Positions 8,520 through 18,684 of a stretch of 64,000 bases of DNA are shown one piece after another. The position numbers and the translations under genes were made by a program. Below the pieces are notes generated by a model, which worked only from the letters and a program-made list of their open reading frames with translations, ran no database searches and was not told where the DNA came from. Every line of letters begins with the position of its first letter. Positions within the stretch are counted from its first letter, which is position 1. This DNA comes from Candidatus Heimdallarchaeota archaeon. GTDB lineage: Archaea > Asgardarchaeota > Heimdallarchaeia > JABLTI01. The stretch spans positions 59,615-123,614 of the forward strand of contig DXJV01000029.1 in assembly GCA_019056785.1 (NCBI GenBank), written 5' to 3'.

Positions 8520-10898
8520 TTGTCTAATGAAAAAAATGAAGAAGTCGAAAAAACAAATTCAGAAGAAAATTTGACAGAAGAACCAGTAGAAGCAAAAGAA
8601 GCAAAAGAACCAAAAGAAGAAGAGATTGAAACAGAAGAAACCAAAGAGGAACTAGAGATACCAGAGATACCACTAGAGGAAAGTTCAGAAGAAGAGATAA
8701 TTGAAGTAGCAACACCAACAGAAGAACCCGAGGTAGAAGAACTCCCAAAAGAAGAATACAGCTTTGAAGCAAAGAAAGCTAAACCTGTCAAAAAGAAGAA
8801 GAAAAAAGGGCCGCCATTTCTACTCAGCACTCTCATTGGTTTAGGCGTGGCCTTATTAATTGAGGTGCTATTCTCCATACCACTTTGGGTTGGAGGTGTT
8901 GGCAGACCAGACCTGTTTTATATAGAACTCGTACTTGTACTTATAGCGATGAGCATCCCCGGATTGTTTACCCGAAGCCTTCAAAAAGGGATCCTTGGGG
9001 CGTTCATGATTTTCATTGTAGCATTTGCTGTTCCATTACTACTCACAGTGCTTGGCTTAAAAGCCATTCTCAGTCCCCTCACACCGCTTTTTGCAAGCAC
9101 TGACTTTTCGCTTGATGCATTTCAGATATTCAAATCGCTTTTCCCTGCATTAGAAAATTTGCCAATAGCACAAATCCAAAAATGGATCTGGATAGTCGAC
9201 CTTGTGCTAATGTTCATCCTGACAATCTTTGTTGTGGTGATTATAACAGCTTTGATCAAAAGCATCACCAAGAAAAAGAAGAAAGTTGGGACATGGATTG
9301 CTATTCCATTGCTAAGTATTGGCTTGATTATTTTTGCAGTGTTCACACCAATTATCTTCTCTTCAACATATGGTATTATTCAAGCAAGTACATCATTTCT
9401 AGCCGGTGCCACAAAAATGCAGGAAGCCTATGGCGTCTTTGAGGGAACAGGTTCCACGCCAAGCACCCAGGCAATGGAATGGATGCAAAACAATTTATCA
9501 GAAGCCAATTATTGGTTAAATATTTCTCGAGTCAATTATAAAGGATTACAAAATATTGGACTAATTAGAATTGCCGTTCTGGTCTCAGGACAATATGGAC
9601 CGTTAATAGAAGCAGGCGATCAGCTGGCCTTAGCAACAATGGCAATGACTGGCATTTTACTGCCACTTTTTACCGGGATTTATGATTTAACTCAAAGTTT
9701 AGAAAATGCCACGAATGACATGGCGAATTTCGGTTCCTCCTCGAGTGCAACGAGTGCAAAAAATGTTCTCACCCAACTTTCAACTAAAAGTTTAGAAGAT
9801 ATAGACCAACTGAAAGAGGACATTATTCGCGCTATTGAAGGGCTTGATAAGGCTGAAAATGCCCTCAATATTATTCAGCAACGAATTGCCCAACAAGATA
9901 TACAAGGATCTTTTGATGAAGTTAAAGCAAAGTTAGAGAGCATTAATATTGCCGAACTTCCAGCCAAGGTGGGCGATATCATAAACGAGATTCGAGTTCG
10001 TTTAGACCAATTCGACGGGCAATTAGAAGGATTTGTAAATTTCATAAGTTATACAGCTGATAACTTGGAACCAACAAAGAAAATCCTCTGGGCGTCTTAT
10101 AATACTATTGTGGGAAATGAATATTTAAAACTCAGACGATTTAAGAATGCTGCAGATGCCTTTACCTATGCTTACCAAAATATTTCAGCAATAAGTGGTA
10201 TTGCCACATACACACCAACCGGCAATCTTACAAACATTTTTGCAGCAGCTATAACGGAAGATTTCACCTTCCTGTTAAATGACCTTATAGGGATAATGTC
10301 ACCACTCTTACAAGAAGAGATTGCATTCGCACAAACCTACGATGAAATAACAAAAATTATGCGGGCCTTTGCAGCTGAAGCGGATATCTCTCAAGTTGAT
10401 TACTCGTCTCTAAGTACACCACTTGCAACAGCAAACAGCACAGATGTCTATGGTGCAATAGCACAAAGTGCTCTCGATGCTTTCAGAACCAAACTTCAAA
10501 ATACAACCTTTGGCTCGATGTTCAACAACATCGGCACACGTTTTGATAAGATTCTCACCGATGACTTTAGACCGCTCGAATTTGGGATCATGACGAAGTT
10601 CATGGGGACAATTGTTGCATATTATTTAACCAGCTGCGAAAGCTATGCTAACCAATATTTCACAGAAGCAATTAACAACATAACAATCGCCGATAATATT
10701 ATGACAAACGATCTTTTACCCATTCTCAACGTCAATGATCCTCGCTATCTTCAAGACTATTATAATAATTGGTCTCTTGCTCTTGGAGAACTTAAGATAA
10801 AAATGGAGACATACAACACTCCCGCAAACTATAGCAATGGGCTTACTGCAATACAGGATACAATTCTAGTCCTTTATGCAAATGTTGAAGAAAAATAA
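8520..10898 (+). CDS. Large polytopic membrane protein: acidic cytoplasmic N-terminus, ~6 TM helices, ~450-aa probably extracellular glycosylated domain
   Basis: 792 aa. Residues 1-90 are extremely Glu-rich, followed by a K6 stretch, then hydrophobic helices. The C-terminal alpha-rich domain carries more than 10 N-x-S/T sequons. Confidence 0.6.
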   Translation: MSNEKNEEVEKTNSEENLTEEPVEAKEAKEPKEEEIETEETKEELEIPEIPLEESSEEEIIEVATPTEEPEVEELPKEEYSFEAKKAKPVKKKKKKGPPFLLSTLIGLGVALLIEVLFSIPLWVGGVGRPDLFYIELVLVLIAMSIPGLFTRSLQKGILGAFMIFIVAFAVPLLLTVLGLKAILSPLTPLFASTDFSLDAFQIFKSLFPALENLPIAQIQKWIWIVDLVLMFILTIFVVVIITALIKSITKKKKKVGTWIAIPLLSIGLIIFAVFTPIIFSSTYGIIQASTSFLAGATKMQEAYGVFEGTGSTPSTQAMEWMQNNLSEANYWLNISRVNYKGLQNIGLIRIAVLVSGQYGPLIEAGDQLALATMAMTGILLPLFTGIYDLTQSLENATNDMANFGSSSSATSAKNVLTQLSTKSLEDIDQLKEDIIRAIEGLDKAENALNIIQQRIAQQDIQGSFDEVKAKLESINIAELPAKVGDIINEIRVRLDQFDGQLEGFVNFISYTADNLEPTKKILWASYNTIVGNEYLKLRRFKNAADAFTYAYQNISAISGIATYTPTGNLTNIFAAAITEDFTFLLNDLIGIMSPLLQEEIAFAQTYDEITKIMRAFAAEADISQVDYSSLSTPLATANSTDVYGAIAQSALDAFRTKLQNTTFGSMFNNIGTRFDKILTDDFRPLEFGIMTKFMGTIVAYYLTSCESYANQYFTEAINNITIADNIMTNDLLPILNVNDPRYLQDYYNNWSLALGELKIKMETYNTPANYSNGLTAIQDTILVLYANVEEK

Positions 10899-10947
10899 AG
10901 AAGATATTACTCTTCTTTTCTTTTTTTTTATACAAGCTTTTTTAGTC

Positions 10948-11766
10948 TTAATCAGTTTCTTCTGCTTCTAGTTCTGTTATGGGGTAGAAATAGCGCCGCT
11001 CTTTAAGGTAACCACCTAAGAGCCCTCCAGTAAATGCCATTATCGAAAACAACAAGAAAAAGAGTATGGAATTGAAGACTAATTCTGTTAGAGTTTCCCA
11101 TTCTCTTGAAAAGAATGCCACAAATAAGACAAAAATCAATATCACTGACACAAAGGAAGCTATTATACCGAATTTCCTTTCTCCGGCAATCAGTCCGCCT
11201 ACAAAACCGGCAATAATAAATCCAATCAACAGGATAATTAAACCAACAATATTACCGCCATTGGGGATAGCGGATTTAATGATGCCAATGAGGAAGTAAT
11301 AGGCAATAAAAAAGAGGCCAATAGTTACCATAGAGGTTATTGCTCCTGAGAGCGTTGAAATCACTGTGCGAGCAGCAACTGTTCCCTTGAGTCGTTCAAC
11401 AAGAACCTCATCAAATGTTCTAAAGGGAGAAACATCTGTTGTGGAATCCTTCAAGATGTCCTCGTATTTTTGTCTAAACATCTTCAGAATGTCAAGAAGA
11501 GTTTTGTTTATAAGAGGTTCGTAGTCCTTGGAATGGCAAATGGCAGCAATAATGAATCGGTCATCTGTTTTATAAGCGAGCTTTCTATCAAGTCCTTCAA
11601 TAGCTGAAATATCAACTAACCCCGCTTCACTTGAGAAATTACGAAAAGCAAGCAAGAGACCAGAAACGAGTTGTTCATCAATGGTTTTTTCTTTAGACTC
11701 GTGATACCAATCATAAATACAAATGCCACTATTTAAATCGATGATCCATACATTTTCAATTGCCAA
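10948..11766 (-). CDS. Membrane protein with N-terminal roadblock/longin-like (profilin-like fold) domain
   Basis: 272 aa. The N-terminal ~115 aa (VWIIDLNSGICIYDW...LVSGLLLAFRNFSSEAG...RFIIAAICHS...) has the beta-alpha-beta-beta-alpha pattern and the hhhxxxSGIxI signature shared with the Roadblock protein at 52590-53054. The C-terminal half is 4-5 TM helices. Confidence 0.45.
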   Translation of the reverse strand: MAIENVWIIDLNSGICIYDWYHESKEKTIDEQLVSGLLLAFRNFSSEAGLVDISAIEGLDRKLAYKTDDRFIIAAICHSKDYEPLINKTLLDILKMFRQKYEDILKDSTTDVSPFRTFDEVLVERLKGTVAARTVISTLSGAITSMVTIGLFFIAYYFLIGIIKSAIPNGGNIVGLIILLIGFIIAGFVGGLIAGERKFGIIASFVSVILIFVLFVAFFSREWETLTELVFNSILFFLLFSIMAFTGGLLGGYLKERRYFYPITELEAEETD

Positions 11767-11980
11767 AAACTTTCAACCACACATTGAAATTTATATAACT
11801 ATTTATAGGTTATTGGCTTTATTTTCTTTTTGGATAAGAACTCTCCTTGAAGATAAGCAGATTGGAGGAGCGCCCAGAGATTCCGACAAAAACTCTGAAA
11901 AGGAAATTACCTCAAACGCAAGCTTATTAATGCGCGAATGAATAGTTCATACAATAAAAAATTGCAGGAGATCACACCCT

Positions 11981-12394
11981 ATGGAATTAATCGAATGTAC
12001 TAAAGTACATATACAAGATGCTTTGAATTCACCAATCCTCCCACAAAATGTTAAGAACGATTTAAAAGATTCCGGAGAAACCTTTCTTTCAGTTTATAGT
12101 AAAAAAAGCAAGTCACTTCGATTTTTCCCCATTAAGGACGAAAATATTTATTGGCTTAAAATTGCGATTGATAGTTTTAACCCTGAAATAAGCGGGAAAA
12201 TCCTCGCAAAATTAAGTAGCCTTATCTCTCAATTTGTTTATTCAACAGGTGTCTGTGTTTCGAAAAGTGAATGCTTTTGGGATGGAATTATTCTCGAGTC
12301 AGCATTTAAGAATTCAAAAGAAAATCTCATCAAAACGCTTGAAGAAATACCCAATGTCATCAATGTCACATTAAAACCGGTCGCCAAAGAATAA
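11981..12394 (+). CDS. Hypothetical protein, possibly ACT-like
   Basis: 137 aa. NPEISGKILAKLSSLISQ...GVCV weakly resembles an ACT ligand-binding fold. Confidence 0.3.
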   Translation: MELIECTKVHIQDALNSPILPQNVKNDLKDSGETFLSVYSKKSKSLRFFPIKDENIYWLKIAIDSFNPEISGKILAKLSSLISQFVYSTGVCVSKSECFWDGIILESAFKNSKENLIKTLEEIPNVINVTLKPVAKE

Positions 12395-12450
12395 AAAGAA
12401 GAAAAAAGGTCTGTAATACGACCTAGTTATTTTATTGCTTTTTTTCGCAA

Positions 12451-12882
12451 CTAAATGTCCATTTCTTTAATTCTATTTACCAAGAAACGATTCATGACAA
12501 TCCAATATTCAACTTCAGCTGTTTTACCTGCATCTATTATCTCGTGAAGCTTTGCAAGGTGATTTGGGTCAGTCGGTTTCGGAATAGAAAGTGTCTCGTA
12601 CGTTTCATTATCCATTACTGACATTTCCTCACCTTCTAAGGAAATTACTTGTGCGTTGCGTTTGTCAATTATTGGTACTTGAACTTTTGCAGTAGAAGGC
12701 ATAACTGGTGATCGCTTCTTTTTATCAAAAAGACCAATAACTTCCATTCTTATTTTCGCATGACCATGTTTGCCGGTTTTTGAGTGGCTCAAATCTAGGA
12801 CCTGACATGGTTCTCCATCAACAAGTATATAACTTCCTCTTTTGATTGAATTTGCATCAGCCGGTCGTGTTGACATTTTCAT
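12451..12882 (-). CDS. eif5a: Translation initiation factor 5A (aIF5A)
   Basis: 143 aa. Hypusine loop SKTGKHGHAK and an OB-fold C-terminus; strong similarity to aIF5A/eIF5A. Confidence 0.9.
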   Translation of the reverse strand: MKMSTRPADANSIKRGSYILVDGEPCQVLDLSHSKTGKHGHAKIRMEVIGLFDKKKRSPVMPSTAKVQVPIIDKRNAQVISLEGEEMSVMDNETYETLSIPKPTDPNHLAKLHEIIDAGKTAEVEYWIVMNRFLVNRIKEMDI

Positions 12883-13071
12883 TCACTTTTTTAATTAATA
12901 TAGTTTGACTTACGAACTTCAGCATTAAAGTTTTTTGTTCTTTTTTACCTTTTCTTCTGAACAAAATAATGCGTAAATTCTGTTTTCAAGCCTTCAAAAG
13001 AACTTTTATTTTTAAGGATAAATATATAACATTTAAATTGATTTATAAAGTGTTAACAAAAGGATTAGAAA

Positions 13072-16002
13072 GTGATTGTTGTGCAGCAAGATGTTTGGCA
13101 AAAACGAACATTTTTCGGAGCTTTCCTCCTAGTTTCAGTAGCTCTTTGTCTAATTGCCACTCAATATACCGCTTGCAACAACATATCAGCTTCCCTTTGG
13201 GATAAAGCACTACCAATGAGAGAGAGGAAAACTACCAATGCATTTCAAATGCTTGGGCCTTATTCTGCTGACAGTTTTATCACTAATGGAGAGGAAAACG
13301 ATGCCAATACCGGCGGTGATGCAGGAGACTCGATTGCTTTTGCAACAAATATCACAGAAGGAACGTATAATGGAACTTTAACCGATGGTGATAAAGACTA
13401 TTACCGATTTAATGTTAAAACAGGGGTTATTATTAATGTTTCAATGATCCCGTTGAATCTTTCAATTAATTTTGATTTGACATTATATTCGCCGGAGTCC
13501 AGCCCACTAATCCATGATTATAAGGATGCCGGCCTTCGCGAAACATTAATCTGGTCGACAGCAAGCTCAGGCAATTTCACCATCTCCATTCTCCCTACTA
13601 CACCAAGTGATATTGGTAATTATAGTTTTACAATTATATTAACAGCACAAAATGACTTCAACACTCAAACAGATGCAGGAAACTCGTTCGGTGATGCCAT
13701 TTTAATTACAAGTGGCTCATCTTATGGAAAATTGGTTGAAACTAGTGATACTAACGACTTTTACAAGATTGCAATCCAAAAAGGACAGATTATCAGCATT
13801 TTACTCGAGTCAGAAAACACAACTAATTTAGACCTTTATCTCCTTGACAAAGAAAGCGTCCAGCTTGATAGCTCGACAAAATTAACCGGGGTCAACGAAT
13901 CAATTTATCATGCCATTAATCAAGAGAACAATTATATTATTCAGATTGTTTTTATTGAATCGTCTATTGGAGAAGTAATTGTCAATTACAATCTCACAAT
14001 CAGTATTACCACCCAAAATGACGGCAATTCTGGCACTGATGCTGGGGACAATGTTGACGATGCTCTTTATATTATCCCCCTAAGCGATTCGAAATTCAAA
14101 GGGCGCGTTGTATATAATGGCGATAGAGCAGATTTTTACAAGTTTGACGTCACAAAGCCTACCAATATTATTGCCGTATTATTAGTTGACGATTTAGTGA
14201 ATCTGGACTTGAAACTTTATGATGTGAACAAAGTATTATTGTATTCTTCAGAGGAAGAGTACCCCGGTGCAACAGAAGCAATTACAGATGTGATCCTCAA
14301 CAATGGAACTTATTACATTTCCATCGAATTTGTTGCTTGGGAAGTGGGGGTTCCACTCACAGCCACTTACACGCTAAATATCGGCTTGTTGCCGCTTGGG
14401 AATAATAATGGAAACCAACACACTGCGGGGGAGATAATTATGATGGTCATAACATATGGTGTATTACCAATTTTTCTCATAGTAATTATTATCCTGTTGC
14501 TCTATGTCTTTACAGACGTTAAAATACCCGGAATCTCTAATTGGCTTAACAAATATCTAAGTAAAGAGAACAAAGGGGAAACAGTCAAATCACTAAAATA
14601 TGCCTTGAAAGTTCGAGAAGAACAAATAAACACACTTCGAGAAGAATCAATACAAAAAGATGCAAAACGCGCCAAGGATTTAGAGACAATTCATCGCTTA
14701 GAAGAGGATCAAAAGTCAAAGGAAAAAGTAATTGAAAAATTGCGAGAAGAGAATAATACAATGAAAAGAGATTTGGACAATCTCGCCGTAGTCAGTGAAG
14801 ATTTAGCGAATATTATTGATAGCACTATTCGAAGGCAACTAGCAAAACAAAATACAAATAAAGTAAAAATCTCCACGATTACATCACTCCTTTGGCTGCC
14901 GGAAGAACGATTGATAAATTATCTCCATTCTGTTAAATTATTAAGTGAGCGTTATATCTTTGATAAAAACAAAAATTACATTATAACTCGAGAGTATGCT
15001 CGTGAAACTGTCCGGCAAGCATACTGGAAGCGGGTTGGAGCAATGCATCTAAAGAAGATAAAGCAGGTTAAAATTTCTAACCTTGCAGATGACACGAACA
15101 TTGATATTGACACTTTGAAAGGAATCATTCGGGAATTAGTCGAACGAAAAGAAATACCTGCACCAATTCACATGGACCGGGTGTCACTCTTATTGTCTAT
15201 TTCAGACGAACTTATTGCCGAGCTTGCTGAGGTTGCACAAAACACCCCGGTAATTTCGCTAAAAGAGCTTTCCGAGTCTTATGATACTTCTTGCGAGAGT
15301 GCGAGAGTTATCCTCCAAAAAATCGCAGAAGAAGAATACACCAAAGGTGAATTTATTAGTGATGATATCTTCATCGTCTACGACCTTTTTGCGAAGAAAA
15401 TTATCAAAGAAGGAAGCATCGAACTTTCAAAATTCATTAAGGAGAACAAACTCGAAAATTTGCTCGAAGAAACCAAGATCATAATCGAAAAATTGATTCA
15501 AGCAGGTCAGCTTGAAGGTGAATATCTAACAGAAGACATGTTCCTCTGCTTCAATAACCTTACAGAGCCCGTAAAGAATCTAATAAAGGAAAGTATTGAA
15601 GACATTCGAAACGGAAATACCCGCAAAGTAGTCTTTGATATCGGGAGTGTTGTTGAATCAATTGTAAAAGAACGCTTAATCTTAGACATCCATGAATTTG
15701 ACGATGTTGATAAACTACCAAAGTATCAAGAAGTAATTGAAGCAAAAGAACTGGGACGTATTTTACGAGCAGCAGAAGACTGTAAGATTACGTTGCCAGC
15801 GAATGTTGAGTTAAAGTCTCTCAACAGATTTTGGGCTCAGAAAATTAAACATACAAAACCTGGAGAACTCCCCTATAACCCAACAATTAAAGAAGCACGT
15901 GAATTCTTGTTTGAAGCTAATAAAGCATTGAATAAACTTCTCGAGCAAAAAATCCCCAAGAATTGGAAGAAGAAAATAGCAGCAAAACTAAGCAAAGATT
16001 GA
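13072..16002 (+). CDS. Secreted/transmembrane protein: signal peptide, 3-4 PPC-like repeats, one TM helix, cytoplasmic coiled coil plus tandem winged-helix-like repeats
   Basis: 976 aa. Repeated motif N(D)xxTGGDAGDxxxxA...DGDKDYYRF / DTNDFYKI / GDRADFYKF matches pre-peptidase C-terminal (PPC) domains. Many NxS/T sequons. TM helix IIMMVITYGVLPIFLIVIIILLLYVF. The C-terminal ~470 aa have coiled-coil heptads and repeated ~70-aa helix-turn-helix/winged-helix-like units. Confidence 0.6.
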   Translation: MIVVQQDVWQKRTFFGAFLLVSVALCLIATQYTACNNISASLWDKALPMRERKTTNAFQMLGPYSADSFITNGEENDANTGGDAGDSIAFATNITEGTYNGTLTDGDKDYYRFNVKTGVIINVSMIPLNLSINFDLTLYSPESSPLIHDYKDAGLRETLIWSTASSGNFTISILPTTPSDIGNYSFTIILTAQNDFNTQTDAGNSFGDAILITSGSSYGKLVETSDTNDFYKIAIQKGQIISILLESENTTNLDLYLLDKESVQLDSSTKLTGVNESIYHAINQENNYIIQIVFIESSIGEVIVNYNLTISITTQNDGNSGTDAGDNVDDALYIIPLSDSKFKGRVVYNGDRADFYKFDVTKPTNIIAVLLVDDLVNLDLKLYDVNKVLLYSSEEEYPGATEAITDVILNNGTYYISIEFVAWEVGVPLTATYTLNIGLLPLGNNNGNQHTAGEIIMMVITYGVLPIFLIVIIILLLYVFTDVKIPGISNWLNKYLSKENKGETVKSLKYALKVREEQINTLREESIQKDAKRAKDLETIHRLEEDQKSKEKVIEKLREENNTMKRDLDNLAVVSEDLANIIDSTIRRQLAKQNTNKVKISTITSLLWLPEERLINYLHSVKLLSERYIFDKNKNYIITREYARETVRQAYWKRVGAMHLKKIKQVKISNLADDTNIDIDTLKGIIRELVERKEIPAPIHMDRVSLLLSISDELIAELAEVAQNTPVISLKELSESYDTSCESARVILQKIAEEEYTKGEFISDDIFIVYDLFAKKIIKEGSIELSKFIKENKLENLLEETKIIIEKLIQAGQLEGEYLTEDMFLCFNNLTEPVKNLIKESIEDIRNGNTRKVVFDIGSVVESIVKERLILDIHEFDDVDKLPKYQEVIEAKELGRILRAAEDCKITLPANVELKSLNRFWAQKIKHTKPGELPYNPTIKEAREFLFEANKALNKLLEQKIPKNWKKKIAAKLSKD

Positions 16003-16034
16003 GAGAAAAAATTGTAAGGGGCAAAAGTGCCCAA

Positions 16035-18503
16035 TTACGAATAAATGTAAGTTAATTTTCGGCGGTTCTGTAAACGCATAAGAAGCCGCTCAATAAATGA
16101 GAGGGACGGTTTATAAAGAAGAGCAATAGTATCCTCATATAGATAGAGAAATTCTATGCGGTTCAATTTTATTTCCATGATCTCATCAAGCGTTTGTAAA
16201 ATAAGTGAATCTTCTTTTACATCGGTAACGATCCCTTTAGCAAGAGTATCGAGGTCATCCTTAGTCTGAAATGCAGCCGGTTTCCCTTTAAGATACTCAA
16301 TAAGCGAACGCTGCTCCTTTTCATGGTCTTTTTTAATATAAACATCAAAAGGTTTGAATGCTACAATAAATTCATTACCAGCGAAGGTTTCAGAGCGTTT
16401 GCCAGTCACAATCAATTTCGAATCACCGAAATTCTTTTCAGCAAATTCTATGGCAGTTAATTCAGCTAGACGTGTGATGCCCTTTTGTGCAAAGAGTATA
16501 GCTTTCCCTTCGACAGATTTTAGATAGGAAAGAGGAATGCCAGGAACTGAGAAGTCTTTTATTTCCAGACCATTATTAGAAGTGAGCTCTGCTGTGAAAG
16601 CGAATTTTCCTTTTTTAGTGGTGATTTCTTTAATAGTAACAATCAGACCATTTTTCAAAACCTGTTTCTGACCTACTGCCATTTCAAAAATGTTGTAATC
16701 ACTTAACAAGAGTTCTTTGGGCCCCTCCGGAGTTTCAAGAGTCAAAGTGAGAGGAGAAGTGATCATATTCGAAAGAGCAATTTTCTTCACTTTTCCGGTA
16801 TAAAAGATTGCCTTGTCTGTTTTTGAAATTGCTACAACATCTTTCTTTTCAAAATATTTGTATTGATAAGAAAGATGAGACAATTTGTCATAATTTTTAA
16901 TGCCTGTTTTTGGATATTGCTCATTAAAGGTCGCATTTATGATTGGTGCAACTTTGGAACGGACAGCTTGAAGCTCTTTAACAAAACGTTTTCGCACACC
17001 AGGTAAGATCAATAGAAAAGGTAAAATTGCTGCTTTAAATGGTCGAAGTTTTTCTTGCTCTGTAAGTGCAACCACGCGATAGGCAGATTTAGGATGGCTG
17101 GCAATGAGATTAATGAAGTTCTCCGTCCAGCTGGGGTGGATATAATTTTGATACATATTTCGTCCGGCATCACCTAAAAAGCGTAATTTTTCTGCTGAAG
17201 TTTGTTCTTTGTTAGTTAAGAGATAAACACTTAGACCCATTTCGCTGGCAATGCCTTGATAAAAGCCATCAAGTTTGATTAGCGATTTTGCCAGTGCAGA
17301 ACCAAAACCAGCTCGCATAGTATAATTGTCTGCTCGCCCTTCTAGGAAGCGGATAAAGACATAGGAAAAGGCCAGCAAAGCGATATTATAAAGATAATAC
17401 CAAAGGAAGTCCAAACCAACATTTGGATTAAAAATATAGTCAAGTGGGGTTGCAGGAAGTTGTATGGCTTTGGTGATAGCAAACGTAACAGCCGAAATAA
17501 CCATTAGCCAGAGAGTATGGACACGCTTTGAATGAGCCAACTCATGACCGGCAATACCACGGATGTCATCATCACTGAAATTGCTGAGATCTTTAGCCAT
17601 GAAGGCAATGCGTTTATCAAAGAAAGCACCAAAGGCAAAAGCATTCAAAATTGGCGCTTTAACTTCCCCAACGCGCACCTTTCCACGAATGTTTAATTTG
17701 GTCTTTACTTCTTCTACCAACTTTAAAATGCGCTCGTCTTTAACTTTCTTAACACCAAAAAAAACATGTAACAACGGACCCGAGACGAGATATAATAGAA
17801 TATTTGTACAAATCATGATCTCGTAGGTTCCAAAAGAAGCGAACAAAACACGTTTTCCAACTTCTTCGGGCACACCCGGAAAGCTAAAGTTAAGCCCCTT
17901 AGCACCTGCAAAACGATAGAGGATGAAATAGGATAAAGCAAACAAAAACAAATATATGACTTGAGGGGAGGTCAGCCGAGAGACCAGGAGGAATCGTCGC
18001 CCAAAGAAAATCAAACAAAGAATGATAAAGACATAAATGAAAATATTCCAAGAAATGCCAAACCACTGCTGTCCGGTAAGACCCCAATAAGGCACTTGCT
18101 TAGGATGAGTAACCCAGGGAAAGTGTGTCCGGGCATGCCATTCTAACACAACCATAATAAAACGGCCACCTAAAACCACCATATAAGAGATGAGGGAGGC
18201 CAGCATTAATTCTCGCCAGACAGGACTTTGACGAATGGTCCAGAGCGAGTAAATCATAAGCCAACAGAGAGCTGCCAAGATGGCAAGGAGTGCATCCCGA
18301 GTGATTCCTTGAATCAGTCCACCTATGACACCTGCAAGAAGCATCATGAAAAGGTCCGGTTCATTCTTCTGAGTGAGAATAGAATATAATTCAGTTAACA
18401 TAAAAATGCCACAAAAAATAGCTATGGCATAACCCGTCAATGCAGGCAAATTTTCACGTGAAAACCAGCCACTTAAAACATCCATGAAAGCATTAAGATA
18501 CAT
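16035..18503 (-). CDS. M48-family zinc metalloprotease (HtpX/Ste24-like) embedded in a large polytopic membrane protein with a ~400-aa C-terminal extension
   Basis: 822 aa. HELAHSKRVH (HExxH), a downstream Glu, and many TM helices on both sides. Confidence 0.6.
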   Translation of the reverse strand: MYLNAFMDVLSGWFSRENLPALTGYAIAIFCGIFMLTELYSILTQKNEPDLFMMLLAGVIGGLIQGITRDALLAILAALCWLMIYSLWTIRQSPVWRELMLASLISYMVVLGGRFIMVVLEWHARTHFPWVTHPKQVPYWGLTGQQWFGISWNIFIYVFIILCLIFFGRRFLLVSRLTSPQVIYLFLFALSYFILYRFAGAKGLNFSFPGVPEEVGKRVLFASFGTYEIMICTNILLYLVSGPLLHVFFGVKKVKDERILKLVEEVKTKLNIRGKVRVGEVKAPILNAFAFGAFFDKRIAFMAKDLSNFSDDDIRGIAGHELAHSKRVHTLWLMVISAVTFAITKAIQLPATPLDYIFNPNVGLDFLWYYLYNIALLAFSYVFIRFLEGRADNYTMRAGFGSALAKSLIKLDGFYQGIASEMGLSVYLLTNKEQTSAEKLRFLGDAGRNMYQNYIHPSWTENFINLIASHPKSAYRVVALTEQEKLRPFKAAILPFLLILPGVRKRFVKELQAVRSKVAPIINATFNEQYPKTGIKNYDKLSHLSYQYKYFEKKDVVAISKTDKAIFYTGKVKKIALSNMITSPLTLTLETPEGPKELLLSDYNIFEMAVGQKQVLKNGLIVTIKEITTKKGKFAFTAELTSNNGLEIKDFSVPGIPLSYLKSVEGKAILFAQKGITRLAELTAIEFAEKNFGDSKLIVTGKRSETFAGNEFIVAFKPFDVYIKKDHEKEQRSLIEYLKGKPAAFQTKDDLDTLAKGIVTDVKEDSLILQTLDEIMEIKLNRIEFLYLYEDTIALLYKPSLSFIERLLMRLQNRRKLTYIYS

Positions 18504-18684
18504 ATCGTCTGCACCTTGTATAACGATTACAAGTTTCGTTCTTGTTCAAACTACTTTAACAAAAATAAAAAGCATTACTCATAAACATTTCTTTCAAGTA
18601 ACAAAATTCACAGAAGTGAAGATTGTTGTAGAAAAAGGGAGAAAGAAACGACTAAAAAAGACCACTTTGTTAATCGCCAGTTTT

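Noticed and set aside
8520-8800. Possible CRISPR array or tandem DNA repeat in the GAA/GAG-rich stretch
   Set aside because: The periodicity is codon-level (a Glu/Lys-rich coding region), not repeat-spacer architecture. No direct repeats of 24 nt or longer with unique spacers were seen anywhere in the window.
8489-8878. 129-aa and 82-aa ORFs on the minus strand (8489..8878, 8524..8772), antisense to the 5' end of the 792-aa gene
   Set aside because: Low-complexity S-rich or L-rich translations of the reverse strand of a GAA/GAG-rich (Glu-rich) coding repeat. Antisense artefact.
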